A stretch of DNA of 64,000 nt from Eledone cirrhosa (lineage: Eukaryota), in the NCBI GenBank assembly GCA_964016885.1, contig OZ024743.1, positions 72,664,001 to 72,728,000 of the forward strand, in the 5' to 3' direction. Shown one piece after another: positions 1 through 12,739 of the stretch. Under the pieces are notes generated by a model. It was not told the origin of the DNA. It was given only the letters and a program-made list of their open reading frames with translations, and did no database searches. The position numbers and the translations under genes are program-made. The number at the start of each line of letters is the position of its first letter. The stretch's first letter is position 1.

Positions 1-1275
1 GGAACGGGTATGTCTTGCTAATAAGTGTTTTTACGGAGGTACCTGGTATTTCTACTATCTTAATATTGAGATTATGTTTATTTAGGGCCCTTCTAAATTT
101 GTAGGCTAGTTCGCCTCTAGGGGTTGTATTGATGAACATTACACTCTGGTATTTATTGCTATCATACCATGAGTTTATTCTATTGGCCTTGTTCCTAGTT
201 CTTTCTATTCTATTCCAAAATTTGCTCCTATACAAGGGGCAGGTCCCATTTATGTCATTATTTACCATTTCTACCCATTTGGTTCTGGCTCCTTTATACA
301 CTCTGATTCTATCTCTCTGATTGTAGCCAGAGAACTGCATACGGTGGATGAAGTGTTGTATGTGTCTATCTAGTTCTTCGGGGTTGCACATGCGGGACAC
401 ATTTCTCATCAACCGTACCAAATCCGCAATCAGTATGTTGATTTTGGTATGGTCCGAAATGGCCGAGTTTCGGTGGATCAGATGTTTGGAAGTCATGGGT
501 TTGGCATAATGGGAATGGAGGATTTGTTTTTGGTTGTTAATGGTATCTAACCAGAGCTCTGTGTCTAGTACAGGTAATCGATGGTTGGGCTGTCTACTTG
601 GGTAGACTATAGTAACTCTAATGCTCTGGTGGATGGAGTTTGCTATTTGCTGGATGCTTTCAATTGTGTTTTTCTCTAGTTCCTGACTGTTCTTTAGTGG
701 GGGTGTCTTAACTACGATGTTTATATCATCTACGTAGAGGGAGTACATTATCAGGGTTAAGCTGTCTTCTAATTGTTCTTTAAGTTTTTGTTTAAGTCTA
801 CTGTCCCACCATACCATGAATAAGTTAGCTATGTCGCCTGCAATGCTAACACCAATGGCTGCTCCTTCCTCTTGGGCATATGTTTTACCATTAAATTTGA
901 ACATATGTTCCTTAAGGGTTAATTTTATGCTGTCCCCTACCGCATGTGCAATCATTTTCTTCAGTTCATCGTGGTTTTCGGGTGTCCGTATGGCTCTGGT
1001 CCACCCGTTCCATCTATCTGTGTGGGTTTTCTTGGCCATTGAGGTAATGGTAGGTGGTCTGCCTCTTGCTGGTCTGAGGAGATCCTCCGTGCTGTCACAC
1101 ACATCTGGGGACATCCCAATGATGGGGCGTATGATCAGGGAGAGGAAGTAGGACAGCGTGTAGTTACTAGCAATGTTAGCCCCACAGACTGGCCGTGTTG
1201 GTGGTCCCGCGACAGGGTCCCAGCCCGTTTTATGGTCTTTTCGAAGCCCATACAACGCCGGCACGTCATTGTTCC
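1..1275 (-). pseudogene. Penelope-like element RT fragment (lineage distinct from the 4.8-kb PLE); open frame runs off the left edge
   Basis: Manual translation of the minus strand gives PALYGLRKDHK..PPTRPVCG ... FKFNGKTYAQEEGAAIGVSIAGDIANLFMVWWD ... YSLYVDDI ... LPVLDTELW..HYAKPM ... FSGY ... VMFINTTP ... KIVEIPG. No stop before position 1, so it is absent from the ORF track. The RT motif A region appears deleted in frame. Confidence 0.85.
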
Positions 1276-1579
1276 AGAAATGAAAGAATAAATTCAGAAA
1301 TGAAAGAATAAATTGAAGTTATTAACCTTGGCCTTTTGTCATATTGCCCCCACCCACACACCCACACACCCACATACACACACGCACACACACACACACA
1401 TAAACACACACACACACACACACACTCACATACACATAAAACACATCGATAAAACTTTCGAATTCTTCATGCTACAGAAAATATGATAAACATTATATAA
1501 TAAATTTAAGGTGTAAATTAATTTAAAGAGAATATTAGAGAACATAGTTTACATATATATATAGAAATTAACACTTTCG

Positions 1580-1622
<43 letters not shown>

Positions 1623-1629
1623 ATCTATC

Positions 1630-1770
<141 letters not shown>

Positions 1771-2042
1771 CTAAACAGAAAAAAACAATACTGACTTAAG
1801 AGAAGTATAAATAAATAAATAAATATATACACAAGAACAATGACAGCAAACACATATAAACACACTCTAATAAACTAAGATAGAATACAATAACCGAAAC
1901 GCAGTCACCCAAACGCGAACACACACCAAACACTATACACACACGCAAATTCATAAGCAGAGAAGACCAAAAAAAAATAAATAAATAAACAGACAAAATA
2001 AAAATGGCGTAGATATGCAATACAACTGGAGGAACATAATAG

Positions 2043-2086
2043 TACCACTGATGATGTTGCAGACGTGCAACGAAAGAACTTTGTTA
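2043..2086 (+). ncRNA. Minimal type I hammerhead ribozyme (slightly decayed)
   Basis: tacca CTGATGA t gttgca-gacg-tgcaac GAAA gaac TT tgtta; stem II perfect, stem I has one mismatch. Confidence 0.55.
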
Positions 2087-3169
2087 GATTATATATATAT
2101 CTGTTTATATCTATATTATATCTGTATTTTATACCCTTGGTCAGTCAATGATAAACATTGAGGACCGAATGAATTAACTGTGGAGATATAAAAGATACAG
2201 AAGCGAAAACCAACCAAACAGTGAGTGTGTTCTGTTTTTATTTCTGGCAATATTATTACAACAATATGACCCTCCCCTAGTATAACAGTATATGTATATA
2301 TCTTCCCAGGTGGTGTGGCGGTATTATATATATATATATATATATATATGTGTGATTTGGGTGTAGAATTTATCGTTGAAATTTGCACAATCCTTGTATT
2401 ACGTATTTCATTAACATTTATTATTCATTTTCTGTCCTCGTAGAAACATAAAAACCACACATAGTTACGATCCACGTGGAGCTCAAATGGTACTTAGTTC
2501 AACATACAAATTCATTTGATTGAAGTTCTTCAACTAAATAAGGTTTTAACACATCTACCTAATGCAATTTTCTGGATATCTTAATAATTCCATGGAGATA
2601 TCTTACTCTTTCATGTTATAATATATGACGTATCTGATGCAATTTGTGATCTTGGAAATGGTGGATTGGAAATTGATATAAAAATCATTAAAAGTAGGCA
2701 CCAAAGGAATATATAAAGATTCTAGTAAATATAAATGATCAAATGTTTAAATGACTATAAATGATTTTAAGAAAAATCATTAAACTTGAGACATAAAAAT
2801 TTGAAACATGGAGACGGTAGAGAAATGTTTTATTCTCTAATTTCATCCAATGTTGCCAATAAATATTTATGAAATATTATCTCGCAGTTAATAGCTTATG
2901 TAAATAGCTAAATAACAAAATATAAATGAAAATCTTCGCTACACTAGTTACCAATGGAATTACTTAGACAATTTTATAAGATTTAATATGTTTTTCTTCC
3001 TTCGAGTAGGCGAAAAATCAAATAAGAATATTCTATGATTAGCTAGGAATTGTATATATAGCTATTTACCTATTGATCATACAGAATTTACATGAGGTTT
3101 CTGTCAGATTCTTCATATCAAAAAAGTAGATTAAATTTCAGACATAATGGCGTTATTTTTTTTAACTCT

Positions 3170-3213
<44 letters not shown>

Positions 3214-3350
3214 ATATATATATATATGTCTGCCTATCTATCTATCTATCTATATATATATATATATCTGTCTGTCTGTCTATATCTATCTATCTATCTA
3301 TCTTTCTGACTGTCTGTCTATCTCGCTCTCTCTCTCTCTCTCTCTATCTC

Positions 3351-3472
<122 letters not shown>

Positions 3473-3525
3473 TATGTATATATATATACATAGTTAAAAG
3501 AATAGAGGTGTAACACACAAGTTAT

Positions 3526-3929
3526 TATATATTGGTAAACGGAATAGAAAATGCTGACAAATTGTTCACAGTTGAAAAATGGTTTAATTAGGAATAAAAG
3601 AGTATTAGTGATTCTATGGGTTAGTATTCAGTTGTGGTTTTAAGTTTTTAAGCTTTTACCGGTTGCGCATTTCTAAATACTTTTCAAAAATAATTTTGAG
3701 ATAGAGTGTCCGTGCTGTTTGCTCTGATCTGAGCAAACAGCACGGACACTCTATCTCAAAATTATTTTTGAAAAGTATTTAGAAATGCGCAACCGGTAAA
3801 ATCTTAAAAACTTAAAACCACAACTGAATACTAACCCATAGAATCACTAATACTCTTTTATTCCTAATTAAACCATTTTTCAACTGTGAACAATCTGTCA
3901 GCATTTTCTATTCCGTTTACCAATATATA
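3526..3929. repeat. ~400-bp near-perfect palindrome (fold-back non-coding element) between (TA)n tracts
   Basis: Arms tattggtaaacggaatag...gtttgctc and gagcaaac...ctattccgtttaccaata, 6-nt centre at 3725-3730; a single-arm relative lies at about 12763-12945. Confidence 0.95.
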
Positions 3930-3932
3930 TAC

Positions 3933-4051
<119 letters not shown>

Positions 4052-4103
4052 GTATTAGGATATATATATAATTATAAATTGTGGAGAAGGATCACACGAG
4101 CTG

Positions 4104-4163
<60 letters not shown>

Positions 4164-4210
4164 AATGAATAATAACAGGTAGACATCATAAAAAGGTAGT
4201 TTATTCCGTG

Positions 4211-4322
4211 TGCTTACAAGTGTTTCCATGGTGGTGCTGCAGCCTAGTTCCGCTACGTGCAAATTCACAAGTATTTGCCGAACTCGAATATCCAATGCTG
4301 TGACCACTGTTTCCTCAGAGCA
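4211..4322 (-). ncRNA. Type I HHR with a large (~85 nt) stem II insertion in the PLE 3' region
   Basis: Minus strand: tgct CTGAGGA [aacagtggt...accaccatg] GAAA cacttg TA agca. Confidence 0.6.
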
Positions 4323-4813
4323 GAATGGTAAATATACAATGTAAAAACCCTTAAGTGGGGTTGTTGGGGAAGATAGAGTGGAACAGGAAGAGAGAAAAGT
4401 AGGGAAGAAGGAGAGAGAAGGAAAGATATGCAGGGGTTGGAGAAGTAGGAGAGAGTGGCTTGTAGATATCTTAATCAAAATGTTATGGTAGGGGTTTTAT
4501 TAGTTACTTTTGGAGAGATGCGTAGATAGTTGAGGTCGGAATTATGTATTGCCCCAGAGGGCAGGTTCATAAATGTTGAGAGGGAGGTAGGTCAAAGGTG
4601 AGAGAGCGAGAGTGTAATGGATGTAGAGAGAGATATATAGGTAGAGAGGGGACAGATAAATATGTGTGGTGAGTGAACTTTTGGTTTTGTAGTAGTATTC
4701 TAGGAGTTGTACTGAGTTACCATGTATAGTGATAAGCAGTGTATTGTCTTGTAGTGTGGGGGGAAGAGAGGGTTGTTAGCTAGAAAGTGGTGTTGTAGTT
4801 ACGGGTTAGAATG

Positions 4814-6901
4814 TTAAGTTATTTTATAGTGAGAGAATTTAGCTTTTAGTTTGTGGTTGCAGTATAATGATCGTTCAATTCTATCGTTAAGTAGTTTGTT
4901 TTTGGATTTTAGTATGTAAAATAGCTCAAGGTTACATAACCTGCAGTACTTCAAACCACTCCGATATGCATTTGCGCTGGAAAGTATATCCCATTTTAAG
5001 GTGAACTGTTGGTTGTGTTCACGGAGTTGCCAGGTCTTGTTGGCGAGCGTGGTCACAAAACGGTGATTCTGATGTTTGATTGAGAATCGATGACGGTACC
5101 AGCGAGATTTAAACGATGTGGTGGTAGATCCGATATAATACCATTTCTGGTCGTCCGATTCAACCGTGCATTGGTAAACAATGTTGGACTTTAGGCATTC
5201 ATTCTGCAATGGACATCTTTCAGGTAGATGGCAGTTACATGCTTTGTTGTAGGTAGCGGGTATACCATGGATAGGTTGTGATAGCGGTACAGGTGGGTAG
5301 TGCAATACCCGTCTCCCATTTAGTGGTTGGGAGGCAGATATTGCGTTCTGCCCATCTGTTACTAAAATGTTTTGTTTAGTAGAGTTGTTCAATTGCCTTA
5401 AGTTAAGTTTTTTTATGTATGCTTCAAGGTTTGGTGCCGTGGAGTATGATAGTCTAATAGTTTTGGAGTTCAGAATTGTTATGTACTTATGGGAACTAGG
5501 GAGGTGTTTATTGATTAATTTAAAGAATGAAAGAGATAGTTTTGTACTAATCGAGGCATTAAAAATAGGATTATACCAGATATACTTTCTACAAAGTGAT
5601 TTATTTGGTGGTGATCTTCTATTATTAGTATGTCTGGTAGTACAGTGTGTGTGTGCTTGTGTTTTAGTCCCCCGGTTACGTATACCTTGATTACGTGTAG
5701 AGCTATGTGTGTTGTGGAAATTACTATCGATGTATTCTATTGTATCCCGGTCGTCAGCATTCCTTAATGCATTATTGTAGTATTCAGCATGTTCGCTAAA
5801 AATATCAGAGTTAGACGATAGGCGAGAGATTCTAAGAGAAATACTCCGGGGAACTGATTTGAACATGGAGAGTGGGTGGTTAGACTTAAAGTCAATATAC
5901 GTAAGGTTCTCATTTACCTTGTGGAAGGGTCGTATCTGTCCGGTATTTAAATTAAGAGTTACGTCCAGAAAGTTTACTACCTTAAGATTGTATTCGTATG
6001 TTATTTTTAGACCCAGTTCACTAAAAGATTTTCTAATATTTTTCCGTAGCCTTTCAAGATTTTGGTTATTCAAGTTATTAACTAATAAGAGCCCGTCATC
6101 TCTGTATATCCCCCCCTGTAGATTACTAAATCTACTATGTAATATGTGGGCTATGTAAATTCCCACGAGATCCGTGACCTCCGCCGAGTCGTTGGAACCC
6201 ATGGTAATATCGAAATTTGTGGGTCTGTCCTTACGTTCCCAGTAGCAGTTATCGAACTTAATAATGGTTTTTCTAGCCTCGAGAATAATATTAATTTCCT
6301 CCTCCGTTAAGTCGGAATTAGCCTTAGCAAACGATAGGGCCTTACGTAAAGTGCTTGGTGAGATGGAAGAGTAGTATTCGTCTATGTCAAATTGTATAAA
6401 CTTAGATTTATTCTTATTCTTAACATTATTAAACCAGCGAATTGCTTCGCTAGTGTTGCCCCATAACTTAATTTCAATTTTCTTTTTCACTTGGATTATT
6501 ACTCTGTCAAGTATATGTTTACTAATTTTCCCTATGTCTGATTTAGAAGGGCATATAAGTCTAATCTTAGGGTTAGAGTCAAAATTTACCTTATGGTCCT
6601 TCAGGTTGAAGTTGGGGGTAGCGGGTATAATCGGCTCGGTTCTATCGTCTATCTTGAGATTCTTTACCACTTTATATGCCTCGTTGTTAATATTTGCTAG
6701 CGTAGTTTCATTTGTTTTTCTATATTTTTTGTGTAGTTCGTTGCGTATGAAGTTATTATACGTATCGATATCCATGGTATACACGTTAGAAGTCTTGTCA
6801 GCTTTTACAACAATTCCATTGGTATTTTGCAATATTCGGAGTAGTGCTTTCATGTTGTTCTGCAGCTCATTATTTCTATGTCTGTTGAACTTAATGTTCA
6901 T
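4814..6901 (-). CDS. PLE reverse transcriptase + C-terminal GIY-YIG endonuclease (695 aa, uninterrupted but probably N-truncated; resembles the Hydra clade)
   Basis: KADKTSN, LKDHK..RLICPSKSDIGKISK, FIQFDIDEYYSSI, FDITMGSNDSAEVTDLVG, IYRDDG, VNFLDV, YIDFKSNHP, CNC..C....C, NIVYQC..YYIGST, RWYRH, CRLC..E, CNH. Confidence 0.92.
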   Translation of the reverse strand: MNIKFNRHRNNELQNNMKALLRILQNTNGIVVKADKTSNVYTMDIDTYNNFIRNELHKKYRKTNETTLANINNEAYKVVKNLKIDDRTEPIIPATPNFNLKDHKVNFDSNPKIRLICPSKSDIGKISKHILDRVIIQVKKKIEIKLWGNTSEAIRWFNNVKNKNKSKFIQFDIDEYYSSISPSTLRKALSFAKANSDLTEEEINIILEARKTIIKFDNCYWERKDRPTNFDITMGSNDSAEVTDLVGIYIAHILHSRFSNLQGGIYRDDGLLLVNNLNNQNLERLRKNIRKSFSELGLKITYEYNLKVVNFLDVTLNLNTGQIRPFHKVNENLTYIDFKSNHPLSMFKSVPRSISLRISRLSSNSDIFSEHAEYYNNALRNADDRDTIEYIDSNFHNTHSSTRNQGIRNRGTKTQAHTHCTTRHTNNRRSPPNKSLCRKYIWYNPIFNASISTKLSLSFFKLINKHLPSSHKYITILNSKTIRLSYSTAPNLEAYIKKLNLRQLNNSTKQNILVTDGQNAISASQPLNGRRVLHYPPVPLSQPIHGIPATYNKACNCHLPERCPLQNECLKSNIVYQCTVESDDQKWYYIGSTTTSFKSRWYRHRFSIKHQNHRFVTTLANKTWQLREHNQQFTLKWDILSSANAYRSGLKYCRLCNLELFYILKSKNKLLNDRIERSLYCNHKLKAKFSHYKIT

Positions 6902-7261
6902 ATATATATATATATAACGAGAGAAAAACGATTATTAGGGAGAACAATAATTTGTTTCGTTATTTTTTCTCTTTTTCTGGGTTAGAAAATGGTGATGTGG
7001 AACATGATAAGGTGATGGGAAAGAAAGAATAATATTTACAAGCATTGTTTTTTTGAGGATAAGCGGTTCAAAAAATGTTATTACAGCACGATCGCTTAAA
7101 GAAGTTGATCCTTGATGGAAGCAAATCGCCGTTCCACATCACCTTTTTTTTACTTCAAAAACCTTGTTAGTAAATAATATTATTCTTTCTTTTCCATTTG
7201 AATAACATGTTCAACATCACCTTAACCAATACAAATTCCCCTTTTTTCTCTCCCACTCACA

Positions 7262-7299
7262 TAATTTGATAATGCATATAATGCTGAAACCGGTAATTG
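7262..7299 (+). ncRNA. Minimal HHR, U3-A8 core variant
   Basis: taat TTGATAA tgcat-ata-atgct GAAA ccgg TA attg; palindromic stem III ACCGGT. Confidence 0.65.
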
Positions 7300-7485
7300 A
7301 TAATCATTAAATAAATATATAAATAAATAAATAAATAAATGCTATTGTTAATTAATCAATAAATTAACTAATACCTTAACACTTCACACAAAGTAATATA
7401 TTTTGTCTTAAACATTTTCTAACCTTGAAAAAAGAGAAAAAATAAGGAAAAAAATATATTTCCTTCCTAATAATCGTTTCTTTCT

Positions 7486-7552
<67 letters not shown>

Positions 7553-7592
7553 GTCAGCCTCTATAATGTTCGGCAGAGGCTGGGAATACGCT

Positions 7593-7633
7593 GCTCTGAG
7601 GAACACCAACAGTGTGAAACAGAATCTGTCAGC
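7593..7633 (+). ncRNA. Minimal type I HHR (intact core, GUC site)
   Basis: gct CTGAGGA acac-caaca-gtgt GAAA cagaatctg TC agc; stem I can extend via ggga/tccc; lies in a ~200-bp island between (TA)n tracts. Confidence 0.8.
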
Positions 7634-7762
7634 TTCTCTCCCTTCCTTTGCCGAAAAAAGAAGTGACATAGTCACTACTTTAAAAATGATTGCGCAAGGT
7701 CTTCAAAGTATTTTAAATTAAACATACGGTATATTGCCAAATATACTATACATACATTAATA

Positions 7763-7821
<59 letters not shown>

Positions 7822-8484
7822 CAGGCAACCAGCCAAACAACGAGCCAACAAACCTCACTCTCCCATACTCATTAATTCATATATAGTGTTTAGTTATAGT
7901 CTCATCTTAAGAACGCTACATTCTGCGACTCGTTCGTGGAATTTTTTTCCAAGTCTAGGTCCTTATTTTTAGCTTCAATCACCAGTGTTGTTTTATTGTA
8001 ATGTCTAGATTGCAGTTTCGTGTATTATTTTAATGCGTTTTTTTTTCCGCTGTGTAAGTAATGAGATGTGTTTTATTGGTTAGTAATCTTGTAGAGTATA
8101 TAATGTGTAAGTAGTGTTGTATCATTTCATTAGTTGTTTATTATATATGGTGTGTGCAGTATATGTAGATTAAACTACTAGAGCTGTGACGTCTTCCTAA
8201 CAGAGCTATATTTTAAATAATTGTTTCTACTTTTTGCACAAGGCCTACAATCATCCAATATATTTCTGATACTTTATTTATTGACCCGTAATTTTAAATA
8301 ATGTTTATTACTCTGCTTATTAATCTCAGATTTACATTTATTGGCCACGCCTGTTTATTTCAATTTCAATTATTTTTTTTTATTTTTTTTTTATTTTCCA
8401 CCTATTTCAGGCAATATTTTCGCAAAAAGTTTTTCTGATGACTATTAGTGTGCAATAATATTTTCCGGTCATTGATCATTATTT

Positions 8485-8670
8485 CGGTGGATTGGCAGTA
8501 TCGGTAGAGGGTCGATGCCATGCTTTGACGCATAGAGTTACGGCCCTTGACATTCTGAGTACAAATCCCGTATATGTTAACTTTGCCTTTCATCCTTACA
8601 GGGTCGATAAGATAAGGTACCAGAAATGTACTGGGTAATTGCTGGCCTTGTGCCAAAAGTAGAAACAATT
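8485..8670 (+). mobile_element. tRNA-derived SINE (family 1, Nin/Deu-like central domain)
   Basis: A-box-like TGGCAGTATCGG, B-box-like GAGT(T/A)CAAATCC, body aactttgcctttcatccttac(g/a)gggtcgataa..gtaccag, 3' ggccttgtgccaaaagtagaaacaatt. Confidence 0.85.
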
Positions 8671-8802
8671 CTTTATGGATGGTTATTCTTAGAGATTTTG
8701 AACGGTGATATTCCAGATAATTTCGGCAATTACATCACAAGATACCGTATCTGATACATATTCATACCACTCCTCGTCAATTCTCAATGTTATTATTATT
8801 TG

Positions 8803-8992
8803 GGGGAATTGGCAGTATCGGTAGAGGGTAGGACGTCATGCTTTGCAGCAAAGAGTTATGGCCCTTTATGATCTGAGTTCAAATCCCGCGGAGGTTAACG
8901 TTGCCTTTCATCCTTACGGGGTCGATAAAAAAGTACCAGTAATGCACTGGGTAGTTGCTGGCCTTGTGCCAAAAGTAGAAACAATTATTATT
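8803..8992 (+). mobile_element. SINE family 1
   Basis: Same A/B boxes, body and 3' end; a partial variant follows at about 9010-9176. Confidence 0.85.
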
Positions 8993-9176
8993 TGTTGGTT
9001 TAAAGCAGTGGTTTGGCAGTATCGGACAATATGCTGCGTAACATAGAGTTACGCCCGTTTATGATCTGAGTTCAAATATGAGGTCCATCAAATAAAGCAC
9101 CATTAATGAACTGGGGGTCGATTTAATCGACACCCTCCCCTCAGCATAGTTGATCTTTTGCTTGAAACCAGAAACC

Positions 9177-9661
9177 AATACTACTACTACTACTACTACT
9201 ACTACTACCACTACTACTACTACTACTACTACTGCTACTGCTACTACGACCACCACCAAAACACATTACTACTACTAATACCACCGCCGCCAGCAAAACC
9301 ACAACCACCACCACACCCACTACTACTACTACTGTTAATACTACTATTACTACTTAAACTACTACTACTACTACCACCACAACCACCAACAACAACACCA
9401 CACCCACTAATACTACTGCTACTACCACCACCGCCACCACCACAAACACCACCACCATACTCACTATTACTATTACTACGACGACCACCACCACCTCCAC
9501 CACCACATACAATATTACTACTAATACTACTACTACCACCACCGTCGCCACAAAAACCACCACCTCCACATCCACTACAACTAATACTAATACTACTACT
9601 ACTACTACTAATACTACTACCACCACCAGCGCCGCCACCAACGCCACCACCACCACCACAC

Positions 9662-9721
<60 letters not shown>

Positions 9722-9760
9722 TTACTACTATCAACAATTACGTCACTATCACCATCACCT
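9177..9760. repeat. (TAC)n/(CAC)n compound trinucleotide low-complexity tract
   Basis: Visible degenerate triplet repeat; source of the spurious poly-Y/L/P/S/V ORFs. Confidence 0.95.
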
Positions 9761-9946
9761 TGATCTATTTTAAATACTGTCAATGCCGAGACATCAAATC
9801 AATCATTTGGTTAATATTCAATATTAAACATAACAAATTGTCTAATTCAGGACATGAATAAGTCATATTGTTAAGTGGTTCCTCTTGTAAGAAATTCTTA
9901 CATTCAGTTATTCATTCCTTCCTTCATTACTTATATTATTCAGAAG

Positions 9947-10140
9947 GATGGTGAATTGGCAGTATAGGTAGAGCGTCAGACTCCGTGCTTTGACGCATTG
10001 AGTTACGGCCCTTGCTATTCTGAGTTCAAATCACGTCGAGGTTAACTTTACCTTTCATCCTTATGGGGTCGATAAAATAAAGTACCAGTAATGTACTGGG
10101 TATTTGCTGGCCTTGTGGCAAAAGTAGAAACAATTACTTA
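9947..10140 (+). mobile_element. SINE family 1
   Basis: Full head-to-tail match to the copies at 8485 and 8803. Confidence 0.85.
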
Positions 10141-10218
10141 TAGTATTCAGTATTGGTTTTATCAAAATTCCAATTCGAATAACTTAGAAACAATATTTAT
10201 TTGATATATGATGCAATA

Positions 10219-11141
10219 TCTCAAGAACGCGTCTACACGACGTGAGAAAGAATCCCAAAAGGCGGAGGGGGAGTTAGTCACGCGATATAACGGTCGAGAA
10301 ACAGAGCTAAGCCTCTTATAACCCCGAAGAAAATACCACAGAGGCGGAGGGGGTATTTATATCGAAGTTCTTGAGACTAGTAAAATGAGGTATCCTCTTG
10401 ATAAGTCGGCAGACCTCGCAGGGACTCTATATCTTTATGATGTATTGTTTTTGTTTATGCCACGAAACTACGTAGTCGAGGAATCTAGGAGCAGTTTAGG
10501 TATGATACATTTTATTACTAATTATATCTAAATGTTTCTTCTCTCTTCATAATGTATTTTTAACTCTGATACTGGTTCAGTCTAGTTGAACCGGATTGGT
10601 CTGTCCCAGTCATTCATTGAGCAACATCGGTGAGGTTGGCACCCTTAACTCACGGTTGGGTGTGGATGCATTCATGTATATGTGTGTGTCCGCATGTATC
10701 TGTGTGTTTCTAAATATATTGTTAATAACTCCCTCTGGTTGAGTAATCTTTGAAGTGTGGTGACTGCTGGAAAGCTGCCATTACTCATACTTCTCGCCTC
10801 CTTCACCACCTCTTCTACGGCTTCGATATAAATACCCCCTCCGCCTCTGTGGTATTTTCTTCGGGGTTATAAGAGGCTTAGCTCTGTTTCTCGACCGTTA
10901 TATCGCGTGACTATCTCCCCCTCCGCCTTTTGGGATTCTTTCTCACGTCGTGTAGACGCGTTCTTGAAACTAGTAAAATGAGGTATCCTCTTGATAAGTC
11001 GGCAGACCTCGCAGGGACTCTATATCTTTATGATGTATTGTTTCTGTTTATGCCACGAAACTTTATAGTCGAGGAATCTAGGAGCAGTTTAGGTATGATA
11101 CATATTATTACTAATTATATCTAAATTTTTCTTCTCTCTTC

Positions 11142-11145
<4 letters not shown>
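10219..11145 (+). mobile_element. Non-coding ~592-bp-unit HHR element (family X): inverted fragment + ~1.3 tandem units
   Basis: 10365-10552 repeated at 10958-11145; 10219-10365 is the reverse complement of 10822-10968; same family at 43518-45290. Confidence 0.85.
10393..10482 (+). ncRNA. HHR, U3-A8 variant with long stem II and 10-nt palindromic stem III
   Basis: tcctc TTGATAA gtcggca...tgccac GAAA ctacgtag TC gagga; second copy at 10986-11075 has a mutated stem III. Confidence 0.7.
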
Positions 11146-11210
<65 letters not shown>

Positions 11211-11249
11211 ACGTTAACTAAATGAAATCTATAATTATAAAAGGATATT

Positions 11250-11310
11250 TATTCTATTATATATTGTTCAAGGATACCAAAATGTTGGTACGCTATCATC
11301 AGATAAAATA
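11250..11310 (-). ncRNA. Decayed type I HHR
   Basis: tattttat CTGATGA tagcg-taccaa-catt-ttggta-tcctt GAAC aatat ATA atagaata; 8-bp stem I, but GAAA is altered. Confidence 0.5.
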
Positions 11311-11451
11311 CGAAGTGTGTTTTATAAATGTTCACATAACAAAGGAGAATATACCTTAATGGTTCAATCTTTCCTTGGATAGTCGAGTGCTCTGAATCAG
11401 TTATAAACATTTATATTTGTTGAATTAACAACAAATTGAATATACCCTCTG

Positions 11452-11529
<78 letters not shown>

Positions 11530-11667
11530 TAAGCAGAGGGCTCGATAAGGATAAATATATATGAAATATATAAGAACCGTAGAGCAAATATAAATTAAAA
11601 TAATAGATTAAAGTTTAAGCAAAGAATCGCAGCGATTCTTTGCTTAGACTTTAATTTGTTATTTTAA

Positions 11668-12739
<1,072 letters not shown>

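Larger units (their letters stand above)
4160..6901 (-). mobile_element. Penelope-like retroelement (5'-truncated) with 3' UTR/pLTR, flanked by (TA)n
   Basis: RT+GIY-YIG ORF, ~650-bp 3' region carrying an HHR, (TA)n tracts at both ends. Confidence 0.9.

Noticed and set aside
2440-3130. Possible exon or pseudogene after a pyrimidine-rich AG
   Set aside because: Stops in the frames examined and no recognisable motifs
5367-6917. Plus-strand ORFs overlapping the PLE (and similar antisense ORFs over Tx1 and Gypsy)
   Set aside because: Antisense shadows of retroelement coding frames
8485-10140. tRNA genes
   Set aside because: The A/B boxes belong to SINE heads with long shared bodies; no complete cloverleaf
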